From positions 17,794,001-17,858,000 of the forward strand of contig NC_042997.1 of assembly GCF_006345805.1 (NCBI RefSeq): 64,000 nt of DNA. Reading direction: 5' to 3'. This DNA comes from Octopus sinensis. Lineage: Eukaryota. Every line of letters starts with the position of its first letter. The first letter of the stretch is position 1. Shown one piece after another: positions 1 through 11,904 of this stretch. The position numbers and the translations under genes were made by a program. Below the pieces are notes generated by a model. It ran no database searches and was not told where the DNA came from. It was given only the letters and a program-made list of their open reading frames with translations.

Positions 1-354
1 AGAGAGTGAAAGTAAGAGAGAGTGAGAGAGATAGTTGCAATGTGTAAGGCATGCTGTCGAGACACAAGGAGGTGAATATAAATGGAATGGGAGATGATTG
101 TTCAGGGTGCATGAATAAGGAGTTCACAAAGGTGCAGAAGTGTGAGAGGTGAGTGAAAAGGGGAATGCTGCAAGTGATGAAACACAGGTATATTAAAGAG
201 CAAGAGGGAAGACAGGAGAGAGAGGGATGATTTAACAGTGTTGATATACAGAGGGAGGGGAGAGAAAAGCCTTGTGTATGAAGAAGAAATGTAGTTTGGT
301 TCATTGGGGGTAAGGTGTGTGATTTAATATTACATGTGGATGGAATAGATAGCA

Positions 355-600
355 CTTCCAGAACTCAGTTTTGCTGAGGTGGGAGGTTCTTCTCAAGAAA
401 CTCATATTGCCAGACAACTCAGTCCCTTGTCATATCCTCTATGAGGCCCAACATCTTGAGATTAACCCTCATCATTTCATCCCATGTCTTCCTGGGTCAC
501 CCTCTTCCACAGGTGTCATCCACTTTAAGTTATTGACACTTCTTTATACAGCTGTTCAAACCAAGTTAGCCATCTCTCTTGCATGCTGGATCTGATTCCT
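355..600 (-). mobile_element. RTE-clade LINE, decayed 3' end of ORF2
   Basis: The minus strand reads ..KVDDTCGRG.PRKTWDEMMRVNLKMLGLIEDMTRD*VVW.., matching the GRPRKTW...DL...L...M..DR..W C-terminal motif of RTE ORF2. It contains stops and frameshifts. Confidence 0.5.
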
Positions 601-1059
601 CTTATGCCAAACTTTTCACTCAGCACATTTGCACTTTGTTGGACATGCACACTGATGTTGCACACCCATTGGAACATACCTCTCCAGGCAAAAAGAATAA
701 TTTTAGAATACAGACACATGTACATGCACACACACACACACACATTTTAAATAACAATGATTCTAGCTTACATTATTATTGCTGTACAACCCATTAAAAA
801 TAATGCTATACTATATTACAAAGCATAGCCCTCTAGATTTTAGCCAACACTCTTATATATAGATTGATGTAAAAACCATATCTTTATGTATAATATATTT
901 ATGGACATTAAAAGTAGAATCAGCTGGAATACTTTCAATCCTGTGTTGGGATTTCATCTGGAACCCAAACCCTCTTTCATTGTCCACAGAAACACTAATT
1001 ACAAAATCTTCTACTATATAAGTAAATCAGACAGACTAATTGTATAAATTGCACAGTTG

Positions 1060-1200
1060 TCATTGTGTGGTTAAGAAGCTTGCTTCTCAATCATGTGGTG
1101 TTACGTTCAGTCCTACAGCACAGCACTGTGAGCAAGTGTCTTCTAGTATAGCCATGGGCTGACCAAAGCCTTGTGACTGAGTTTGTTAAACAGAAACATA
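1060..1200 (+). mobile_element. Decayed tRNA-type SINE, family A head
   Basis: Similar to the better copies at 32451 and 41884-42264 (tgtgtggttaagaagcttgc...gttcagtcc...gcaagtgtcttct...gaccaaagccttgtga). Confidence 0.55.
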
Positions 1201-1389
1201 TGCAGTTATAGAATACATATATACACACATACATACAAACATACATACATACATGCATACATACATACACACATAATACATACATACGTACACACACACA
1301 CACATATATATATAGGTTATGAGAGGTAATAGTGTCAAGAAGACCCAAAGGCGTCAGGTAATGCTGAGTAAGTGCTATGGACAAACTAT

Positions 1390-1860
1390 AGTTAAGCGCC
1401 AGGTTCAGTGATTATGTGAATGAGGAGTCCAACGTAGGTCATATATCAGTATGCGTATATATAAAAAGATAACAGATTGAGATAAAAATCCAAGGCTGTG
1501 AAGGATTTCAGAACATTTATAAAGAGAAGGTCTTACAGCTGTTTCTGGGATATTTTATCTATCCCTTCATCGGAGACGGTGTGAGACAATGGTTAAGCAA
1601 TAGTTAATTTAGATAAGATATGCAATAGAAAGTGAAGTGGAGGAATGAAAACAGATGTGAGATATTCAAGGATATTGTATCTGCAGTTCCATTATTTAGG
1701 CAGAATGGTATACAAATAAGATTCCTGTACCTTCTCTGTAAGTTCCAATAGTATTTAAAATTGGTCATTCCAAGCATTGATTTTGTAAATGGTATTATTG
1801 AATTGAGGGATTTTTGAAGTGACTTAAAAGTTGGGAATGTGTTTGTAAGGTCAAATCAAA
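1390..1860 (-). mobile_element. Probable Penelope-like retroelement 3' remnant carrying a hammerhead motif
   Basis: It contains a minimal hammerhead motif at 1530-1577, a hallmark of Penelope pseudo-LTRs. The upstream minus-strand frame only weakly resembles a GIY-YIG C-terminus. Boundaries are approximate. Confidence 0.4.
1530..1577 (-). ncRNA. Minimal type I hammerhead ribozyme motif with one core substitution
   Basis: The minus strand reads GTCT-CCGATGA-A-GGGATA-gataaaa-TATCCC-A-GAAA-C-agct-G-TA-AGAC. Stem I is GTCT/AGAC, there is a 6-bp stem II, and stem III has a palindromic AGCT loop. The CUGAUGA core reads CCGAUGA. Confidence 0.6.
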
Positions 1861-1972
1861 GACAGGAAGAGAGGAAAAAAGAAAAGAAAAAAAAAGAAAA
1901 TCAGGGAGAGAGATAATAAAGAAATGAAGAGAGGGAAAGTGTATTGGTTAGTGGTCAGTCAGGATAAATTGA

Positions 1973-2145
1973 TAGAAGGAATGGGGAGGTAAGGGTGACA
2001 GAGAGAAAGATATGAGAGTACAAAGAGATGAGAGGCTAAAGAGTAAAGGAGTGTCAGGTAGAAGGAATGGGGGTGAGGGTGATAGTGAGAGAAAGATATG
2101 AAAGCATAAAGAGATGAGAGGGTAAAGAGTAAAGAAGAGTCAGGT
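1973..2145. repeat. Diverged 2-copy tandem repeat, about 86 bp period, purine-rich
   Basis: tagaaggaatgggg...agaaagatatga...aaagagatgagagg..aaagagtaaag..g.gtcagg starts at 1973 and again at 2059. Confidence 0.7.
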
Positions 2146-2379
2146 ATGTAGTGATAGAGCCTAAGGGAGGGGCAGAGAAAGGGAGGTAGGTGTAGTAAAA
2201 TGGTGGAATGAAGAATTTGGGAATATAGGTTAGGTTGCTTAGAGGACAGGTAAGTGCTTAGTAGTAGAAGAATATATATATGTGAGGATGTACACACATG
2301 CATATATTAAACATGTATATAAATATCTACACACATCAACACCTACACATATAACACATACTCATATGTATATGTATAT

Positions 2380-2414
2380 GTGCACACCCATACATACATA
2401 CATACATATATATA

Positions 2415-2474
<60 letters not shown>

Positions 2475-2600
2475 GTGTATGTATATATATATATGTATGC
2501 CTGTATGTATATCTATATGTACGTATATATATATATATATGTATGTATGCATATATCACATATATATATATATTTGTATATATATGTATGTGTATGTGTT
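2380..2600. repeat. (TA)n/(TATG)n microsatellite
   Basis: Read directly from the sequence. It explains the YIYI-type ORFs in the track. Confidence 0.9.
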
Positions 2601-5600
2601 TGTGTGTACCCTTGTCAAGACATTATGCATTATATGATTGTTGTAAATGAGCAGAACCATCATACAAATGCGGTTATTTGTTTCCACTCTTCCATAAAAA
2701 ACATATCTAGTTATGGGAAAATATTTCCTTATTTCGAAGCAGGTGATAGTTGGTGATAGGATGGAACATCTGCCCTATCAAATTCTCTCCCACTCAAGCA
2801 AGTGTAAAAAAATGGACATTAAATGATAATGATGGTGAGGAACATGATGATGGTGACAATGATGATGATGATAATGATGATGAAAGCATTATTGGCACTT
2901 AGCTTGATAAACGAATTACTGAGGCATTAACAGTATTTAATTTGTTTCAGTGCAATACTATACTCCGCATAATATCTGTAGATTTTAGGCAATACCTTAT
3001 GTAGAGGCAAATACAAACACTGCATTTATATATGGATGGAAAATGAGAGTTCAGCTGGTCCAGTTTCAGCCCTATGTTGGGTTTTCATTAGAGACTGAGC
3101 CAAATTCTTCCTTATGGCAAAGCTATGCTACTTTTCAAGATATAATTATCAGAGTGTTATCAGTGAGTACTGATATTCACTTCTATTTAGGAGCAGATAT
3201 GAAATTTAAAGTTTGCACTCATTATATTTCTACTGTGAAACATGAAAATGTGAGATAGCATTAAACAAAATATTTTAAATGTACAATGTACATTGTACAT
3301 TCCAGTAATGACAATGAAATTGTTTTCTTCAACATAGAATATTATTTGAGAGACCTGTGTGCATAACTCTTCACTACTTCGGAAGAAAGGTACCTCTGGC
3401 AGATGTTTTGTCTTAAATAAAATCTCTTATAGATATGCTGTATTAAAAAACAAAATATACATCATCCAAGTAGTGGATAGCAAGAACATCACATGCATTT
3501 AAACCTTCTTGAGTCTTATCAGTGACATATACTTGAAGCTCAGATGAAATTTGTCACCTCCAATATATAAAAAATAGTGAATAATGGATTCACTGATATT
3601 GCAAATAGCCCTGAGCTGAATAAAAACTCTGCAATGACTTTTCATCTAATATATATTGTGTTTTTAACACAGAACATCTATAAGAGATATAATTTTGAAT
3701 AAAAACCAGAGCACCTTGCTTGTCAGTGGAGTATATATACTAAGTATGATAGATGACTACTGTAAAGCATTTTTATCCAAATTGCTAACATTCTGCCAAT
3801 CTACTAAGTTTACATGGTGTTTGTTGAAATTTGTGTACAAAATCTTCTGGAAAGTTTGTAATACTTTTTAACAAAGATTACATATGAAATATCTTTTACT
3901 ATTTTTCTCGAAATATTATGTGAATGAAGCATGCACTTATAGTTTAAACACAGATAAATATGTCTTTCCAATTATGTAAACTATAGTGATATTTTTGCAT
4001 AAAAACTTAACTGGGAACATTCTGAGAGAAAATATTTCTGAAAATTTTCTTTGTTTTATATGAATGAGAAGAAATAATTTTGCAAATAATTGATGTATCC
4101 ACTTTATAAAAATATTCTTAATGGCTTCATTTTGAGTGAAGATTAGGATATGTTGAATTACTTGTTGATCATTTTAAATGTATATTATGTATCTAATTCC
4201 TTCGAGGTAGTTTATATTTCAATATATCAGTCAACATTTTGAAATATTCAGCTGACTAATTGAAAAATAGTAACAAACAAAAAGTAAAAAAATTGAAAGG
4301 TATTTTGAAAAATAAAATTAGCAAGAATTATCTTAGTATTGAATATCTTAGCAGCCAGAGGGCCAATATGACAAATACTGAACATGGCTGTGTCATGGGA
4401 AAATAAATGCTTCAGATTCAAAATTGAAATTGAAAATGAAATGTTACCTTAAAAATGACTAAAAATTTTAATTTAGATGCTTTTAAACTAATTTAATTTA
4501 TTTTGGTTCTGTTTTATACATTAAAAAATTATCAATATTAAAATTGCTAAAATATTTTCCAAATGCTTAAAGTTTTATTGTCATTAAAAATGATATTGTG
4601 TATTCATTAAAGGAAAATGTTCTGCTTATGTGTTGGAAGGCAATCATTGAGCTAAATGGTAATGAAAAACAAAATGAAAATTGGCCAAACAGTAGAAGGC
4701 AAATTGCTAAAATGCTACACATAAAACAATAACGAATTGATTGCATTTCTGTTTTTGGTGAAGAATCCTTACATAAAGAGTAAAAATAGGAAATAAATTC
4801 ATACTTAAATGAAGGTAGTGAAAGCTATTTAGCAAAATATTCTTAATAAATAGCAAAAACGAAATTATATGCTGCTATCTCTCATATTAAATGAAAGAGT
4901 CTCATTTTAGTGTGTCATTTAATCAGTTCTTAAATAACAAACTCTTTAAACAATTTCTGCATATATCCTAGAAAACATTTTTTGAAGAAAATTTATCAAT
5001 TTATTTTGCAGATCTAGTTGTTTCACATCAGCTTTACCTATTCTCTTTTATCTATACTCTGCTTCTTTCAAATTTATCTTTTGCATTCTCTATTTTCTTA
5101 ATATTTATATTTTATTTTTACTTACTTTCTGACTAAATACAAATTGTTTTTCATATGTGTGTTTTTTTTGTTTTTTAATCTTTAACCTTATCAGATAACT
5201 TTTCATTTTGTTCAACACTAACCTTCTCTGCTCTTGATAGATTTCATTTATTTCTGCTGCTGTGGTGGACATATTGGTGAAGTGATCAAAGAACTTACAT
5301 AGCTAAGCTATCTATGACACTTGAGAAAATGGTAGTATGCATACAAATAATGAGACGTTTGTTTTCATTTATTCCATTTGTGTTTTTGTTCTTTGAAATT
5401 GAATATATATATATATATTTTTCCTCTTCAGTTAGCAATTCATTTTCACATTGACATTTAATATAGACATTTTCCCATGTTTTATTCAAAAGTCTTATAT
5501 TTGGAAGTGATATTCATTTTTTTTCCTTTTTGGTGTCTCTATAGGCTTCAATATGATAGCGTTAGTATTAACAGCCTCATAATGGTAAAGCTTATGTCAT

Positions 5601-7827
5601 TCAGGATTCTTAGCAAACTGTATTGCGCAGGTCTGTTAGTGATTCGATACACTCTGAAATTGATAAATCTATCACTCCAGGTATAGACAAATTACTGTTT
5701 ATGTACATGATCTAAACTTGTGTATATTCCTTTAGCAAATTAATCTGAAGGCTACATAGAGAGCACATTCTAGTATTTCACAGCAAGTGACAGCGTTTTT
5801 TTAGCCATACACTTATCTTCTCAGTAACATTAGCACTTATTAGTCCAGAAATATATAAGTTAGACATCAAAGTTACATGAAATAGTCCATGTCATAGAGA
5901 AATGTTGACTAGTCACAATTAAACTTTTACAAATAATCAGGACATAATAGGATGTCAATTTTCTTCTTTTTATATTCTGTTATAGCAGTAAAGTACCTTG
6001 AGTGAGGGACGTGAAGATTTTCAAATTTAACTTATCTTTGGATTGACTTAGCCAGTAGTAAAAGTTAGTGGTGGTCAGTGAATATCCTTAGTAGATATTC
6101 TGACAGAAAATTTCATAATCATTATATTGACTTTGAAATCAGAAATTGTATGTTTCACTAAGATTATTGGGCTGAATTATATCTTGCAATACCTGATAAC
6201 TTTTAGATAACAGCTAAATTAGAATCCTAATTGCCAATATTCAAGCATGTTCACTATACATGTTATGTTATCTCATATCATTTTCAGTTTAGAGTATTCC
6301 CAGTTTGAAGAATATAATGGTTTCTTTAATTTTCAAGGTCAAATTGGATGAGAAGGCCAAACCTGACATTAGATTTACAAGCATGATTATGGATAGTTAG
6401 AGAGCTATAGAGCTTTTTTATGAAGGTGACATCAATTTTCTTTGATCATAATGTTACAAGGCAGCACATTGCAAAGTTACCTGGATGCATCTTTTGACAG
6501 AGTCAAGTAGACAATGTCAGAAACAAATAGAGGCAAGTCTTTTATCTTATTGCCTGCCAAGTCCTGCATTTATTTAATGTGACACTCAAAGAAAACTAAT
6601 GTTAAAACTAAGCTGTTAATCTGTACAACCAAGATCAATGCTAGCAGTCACTGAAACAAAATTACAGGGATCTCGGCAGAGATTGTTGCCAGATGGCCTT
6701 ATTGAGATTATTACTAAAGGAGCAACATGAAGGTTTAATCTGAGGTGAGAGCTGCATTCACCTTTGGTAAGAGGAATTGAGCTTAGCCTGAATGATTAGG
6801 CAGTAGCTCTGAAATTTAGTGTTTAAAAGGAGGGGGAAGCCAGTAAAGGTTTATTGCTGAATTATCATAAATCACTACATTCAGAATGGTGTGTTCTCTC
6901 ATCTCAGTTTTAGTGTAGTATTCCCTATTGTTAGACAAATAAAATAAATAAATAAGCTTGAAGAACACAGTATTGCAAGATTAAACAATCCATACAAGGT
7001 ACAGTCTCACAGCAGAGATGCAGAAGAATATTTATTCTTTCTGAAGTATTGGCATCTGAACATAACCTTTTAGGATACTATTATTTAAATTCATGTTAAA
7101 CGAAAATTAAAGTGATAAACTGGTTGATAATATTCATAAAAGAAACTGTGTTATATTAATGAAGAAATATTTTTTCCACTTGAGTGTTTATCATTAAAAT
7201 ACAAGTTTTATAAAGGCAAGCAAACACTCTATCTCATATGAAGTTATTCAACTTAACTGTATAAACTGAATCTTTCTAAATAAAGTCTAAGCTATCTTGA
7301 AATTGGAGAACATACATTCCAAGAAGTTCATTTTCAAACACTGTTTCCACAACTGATTAGATTCATGTGGCTTACTCATCAATTATATTACAAGAACAAT
7401 CTGTGCATGAGTAATGTGTTGTATATATTATGTTTATTCAACAGATATATGTTTACATATAATCTGATTTTAAATAAGGACTTCAAAACAATATAGAAAG
7501 CAGTAGCAAAATTGTGGAATCAGCAGAAACCACTATTCCTAGTGTTCATTAGCTTTTAAAATTTGGTTTACATGACAATACGGGGACAAACCATACAAAA
7601 GATTGCTTTGATGCACTTCTAAATGTTTTAAAATTTCCTGCTTGACAAAACGTAATGTAAACTAACAGAATGGTGTAAGAGGATTTTGAATTTGAATTTA
7701 TATTTTGATGATGCAACCCCAATTATCCTCTCCAAAGAAAATGAGTAAAACTTGTGCAGCTCATTTTTCTTTGGTTGCATAACATTTGGTGTGTGTGTGT
7801 GTGTGTGCGTATATATATATATATATA

Positions 7828-9018
7828 CTAGCTGAAGGTGACCCGCTCTACGCGCGGGTAAGAGTGTGGTTGTTACTTTCTGTTGCTTCGTTTCAGCACG
7901 TAAAAAGCACCATCCGAACGTGGCCGATTGCAGCGCCGCCTTGATTGGCTTGTGTGCCGGTGGCACATAAAAAGCACCAACCGATCGTTGCCGCTGCAAG
8001 CCCCCCTGGCACCTGTGCCAGCGGCACGAAAAAAGCACCCACTACACTCACAGAGTGGTTGGCGTTAGGAAGGTCATCAACCTGTAGAAACACTACCAGA
8101 TCAGACTGGAGCCTGGTGCAGCCTCCTGGCTTCCCAGACCCCGGTCAAACTGTCCAATCCGTGCTAGCACGGAAAACGGACGTTAAACGATGATGATGAT
8201 GATGATTCTCCCTCTTTGTTTCTCTCTCCTTTCTCTCTCACTTTCCCACTCTCTTACTTTTCTTTTCTCTCGGACTCTCCCTCGCTTTCTCTTACTCTCT
8301 ATCTTTATCTATCTCTCTCCCATTTATAAACAACAAAAGATCTTGAGTAAGTTGAGAAATAAAATATTTAGAAAGATCAGTCATAAATATCAGGCAGTGG
8401 CAACAGAAAGGTCTGCTTCAAGGCAGACAGCAAAACGCTAACATTTAAAAGGGACAGACGAACTTGCAAGCTGAATAAAAATAATAAAATATTGGAAACC
8501 AAAGTTTGAAGGGATAGAATCTGAGGATTGTAGAGTCACCATGGCTGGCATTTCTTAACGACGGACAGCAACGTATTGACAGTTTAACGGCTGACGTAAA
8601 ATTTTGTACTTGATGTAAAAGAAAATTCGTAAACACCAAGTTTTGAAGTAATTCTTTCTCACGACAGTAGACTCACCATGGCAAGCATTCAAAACTTCTT
8701 CATCATGGACGGCAACACATGACGATTAAAAGGCTGGCGCAAATTTTTAGCTTGATGTAACAGAGAATTCCTAAACACTCGCTCCTTTAAATTTTAATCC
8801 CCTTCCAGCCCCATTTAGACCCCTTTTCACATTTTGGTTAATATAACCTGATTTCATTCGAGTCTACTGGGGCCACATTTTATAAGATGAGGAATTTTGT
8901 CCTAGAGGTCAAGCCTTTCATTTGAGGAAAAAAATAGTTGTCATGCAAACTTGCCAGCACTTTTAACATAGGTGTGCATATTTTCAGCTGAACCGACCAA
9001 CCACATAATGCACACATT
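7828..9018 (-). mobile_element. Non-autonomous Helitron-like element, unit 1 of a tandem dimer
   Basis: The minus-strand 3' end reads ACCCGC-gcgtaga-GCGGGT (hairpin, 7841-7859), 9 nt, then CTAG followed by T, the canonical Helitron 3' signature. The other end runs into (TA)n with no clear 5' TC. No TIR or TSD. Confidence 0.6.
7896..8206 (+). mobile_element. SINE family B ((ATG)n-tailed) nested in Helitron unit 1
   Basis: aaaagcacc repeats, then gtggttggcgttaggaagg...ggaaaacggacgttaaacgatgatgat tail. Same family as 37345-37922 and 54936-55320. Confidence 0.8.
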
Positions 9019-9035
9019 ATATATATATATATATA

Positions 9036-10227
9036 CTAGCTGAAGGTGACCCGCTCTACGCGCGGGTAAGAGTGTGGTTGTTACTTTCTGTTGCTTCGTT
9101 TCAGCACGTAAAAAGCACCATCCGAACGTGGCCGATTGCAGCGCCGCCTTGATTGGCTTGTGTGCCGGTGGCACATAAAAAGCACCAACCGATCGTTGCC
9201 GCTGCAAGCCCCCCTGGCACCTGTGCCAGCGGCATGAAAAAAGCACCCACTACACTCACAGAGTGGTTGGCGTTAGGAAGGTCATCAACCTGTAGAAACA
9301 CTACCAGATCAGACTGGAGCCTGGTGCAGCCTCCTGGCTTCCCAGACCCCGGTCAAACTGTCCAATGCGTGCTAGCACGGAAAACGGACGTTAAACGATG
9401 ATGATGATGATGATTCTCCCTCTTTGTTTCTCTCTCCTTTCTCTCTCACTTTCCCACTCTCTTACTTTTCTTTTCTCTCGGACTCTCCCTCGCTTTCTCT
9501 TACTCTCTATCTTTATCTATCTCTCTCCCATTTATAAACAACAAAAGATCTTGAGTAAGTTGAGAAATAAAATATTTAGAAAGATCAGTCATAAATATCA
9601 GGCAGTGGCAACAGAAAGGTCTGCTTCAAGGCAGACAGCAAAACGCTAACATTTAAAAGGGACAGACGAACTTGCAAGCTGAATAAAAATAATAAAATAT
9701 TGGAAACCAAAGTTTGAAGGGATAGAATCTGAGGATTGTAGAGTCACCATGGCTGGCATTTCTTAACGACGGACAGCAACGTATTGACAGTTTAACGGCT
9801 GACGTAAAATTTTGTACTTGATGTAAAAGAAAATTCGTAAACACCAAGTTTTGAAGTAATTCTTTCTCACGACAGTAGACTCACCATGGCAAGCATTCAA
9901 AACTTCTTCATCATGGACGGCAACACATTGACGATTAAAAGGCTGGCGCAAATTTTTAGCTTGATGTAACAGAGAATTCCTAAACACTCGCTCCTTTAAA
10001 TTTTAATCCCCTTCCAGCCCCATTTAGACCCCTTTTCACATTTTGGTTAATATAACCTGATTTCATTCGAGTCTACTGGGGCCACATTTTATAAGATGAG
10101 GAATTTTGTCCTAGAGGTCAAGCCTTTCATTTGAGGAAAAAAATAGTTGTCATGCAAACTTGCCAGCACTTTTAACATAGGTGTGCATATTTTCAGCTGA
10201 ACCGACCAACCACATAATGCACACATT
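9036..10227 (-). mobile_element. Non-autonomous Helitron-like element, unit 2 of a tandem dimer
   Basis: Near-identical copy of 7828-9018 at offset 1208-1209. I noticed 2 substitutions and a 1-nt indel. Same hairpin plus CTAG end at 9036. Confidence 0.6.
9104..9414 (+). mobile_element. SINE family B nested in Helitron unit 2
   Basis: Copy of 7896-8206. Confidence 0.8.
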
Positions 10228-10286
10228 ATATATATATATATATGTGTGTGTGTGTGAACGCATTATATATACAATTTATATATATT

Positions 10287-10621
10287 ATTTAAATTTTTCA
10301 ATTTTATATTTTATATATTTTCTATATTATATTTTTATTTTTATGTTTTTGTTTTTGGTTTTTTACTGTTTCATTTGCCTATTAGTGGTTTTATCTCTAA
10401 TTTAATTTATATATATATATATATCATCATCATCATCATCATCATCATCATTTAATGTCCGTTTTCCATGCTAGCATGGGTTGGACGGTTTAACTGGGGC
10501 CTGTGAAGCCGGAAGGCTTCATCAGGCCCAGTCAGATTTGGCTGGGCCTGATGAAGCCTTCCGGCTTCACAGGCCCCAGTTAAACCGTCCAACCCATGCT
10601 AGCATGGAAAACGGACATTAA

Positions 10622-10653
<32 letters not shown>

Positions 10654-10786
10654 ATATATATGTATAAATTAAATTAGAGATAAAACCACTAATAGGCAAA
10701 TGAAACAGTAAAAACCAAAAACAAAAACATAAAAATAAAAATATAATATAGAAAATATATAAAATATAAAATTGAAAAATTTAAAT
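10287..10786. repeat. 500-bp near-perfect palindrome (245-bp arms, 10-nt loop)
   Basis: Arms are 10287-10531 and 10542-10786, with loop TCAGATTTGG. Differences are confined to homopolymer and microsatellite parts. Each arm is an AT-rich segment, (TA)n, (CAT)n and a SINE B 3' end. Confidence 0.95.
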
Positions 10787-11036
10787 TATTTAAATATTAA
10801 AATAAAAATGATTAAATTATATTTATAATTTGTTTAAAAATATATATAACTATCAAAAAGTATTAAAAAGTTTAATATACATAAATACAGATATATACAC
10901 TTTGTATATATACATTATATATACATATTTATATATAGAACACACACACACACATATATAAATGAACGCAAGAAATATCTGATTCATAATATTTGTTCTC
11001 ATGTTCATGTGTTGGTTGTGGCAATGATAATTCTCT

Positions 11037-11276
11037 CTATGAATGCAGACAGATACATAAAAGAACGCCGTCTGACGAACTTATAAAGGGAAAGTGAAAG
11101 GGAGTTAGAGGGGAATGGAAGAAATAGTGTGAGTGAGTGAGGAAGACATATACGTACTATGAATGCAGACAGATACATAAAAGAACGCCGTTAGACGAAC
11201 TTATAAAGGGAAAGTGAAAGGGAGTTAGAGGGGAATGGAGGAAATAGTGTGAGTGAGTGAGGAAGGCACATACGTA
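11037..11276. repeat. Direct tandem duplication, 2 x 120 bp
   Basis: ctatgaatgcagacagatac...tacgta starts at 11037 and 11157, with 5 substitutions and no indel. Confidence 0.95.
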
Positions 11277-11466
11277 AAAGGACGGAAGTGGACTTGTCAA
11301 AGTGGGTTTTTGGCCCCTAGCAACAACACCTTTTAAGATAGGGATTTCTAAGGTAGCCCACGGGCATCGTCACCTCATTTTACATGTCCCTGTAAATTTT
11401 GGAGTGAATCAGACGGGATGTAGTGGCCTTGAAAGCGATCCAAGAGGTAAAAATGCATTTCAGTTT

Positions 11467-11513
<47 letters not shown>

Positions 11514-11522
11514 CATACATGT

Positions 11523-11810
11523 GGAGGCGCAATAGCCCGGTGGGAGGATCGCGGTTTCGATTCCCAGACCGGGCGTTGTGTGTGTTTATTGAGCGAAAAC
11601 ACCTAAAGCCCCACGAGGCTCCGGCAGGGAGTGGTGGCGATCCCTGCTGTACTCTTTTGTCACAACTTTCTTTCACTCTTTCTTCTGTTGGCCTGCTCGC
11701 TTAGCCAGCGGGGTGGCGTCATTTGAAGGCTAAAACAATGCGAAGCGCATTGTGATCAGCGATATGTAACAACATCTGATAGCCTGGTCGGTCATGTGCT
11801 CACATGATAT
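11523..11810 (+). mobile_element. tRNA-derived SINE, family C, with deleted head
   Basis: ggaggcgcaatagcccggtgg (A-box-like) followed by ggtttcgattccc (B-box-like). CpG-rich body flanked by (TA)n on both sides. Confidence 0.7.
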
Positions 11811-11904
11811 ATATAAATATATATAAATATATATGTATGTATATATACATATATATATATACATATATATAGTTGAGGTTATAAAATACAAACTTTCTCA
11901 CCAT

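Noticed and set aside
10548-10570. CTGATGA followed by a hairpin (agcc-ttcc-ggct)
   Set aside because: No GAAA or stem III follows. It is part of the inverted SINE arm, not a hammerhead.
11066-11110. CTGACGA-actt..aagt-GAAA hammerhead-like string in the 120-bp repeat
   Set aside because: Stem I cannot pair, stem III is poor, and the motif is broken in the second copy.
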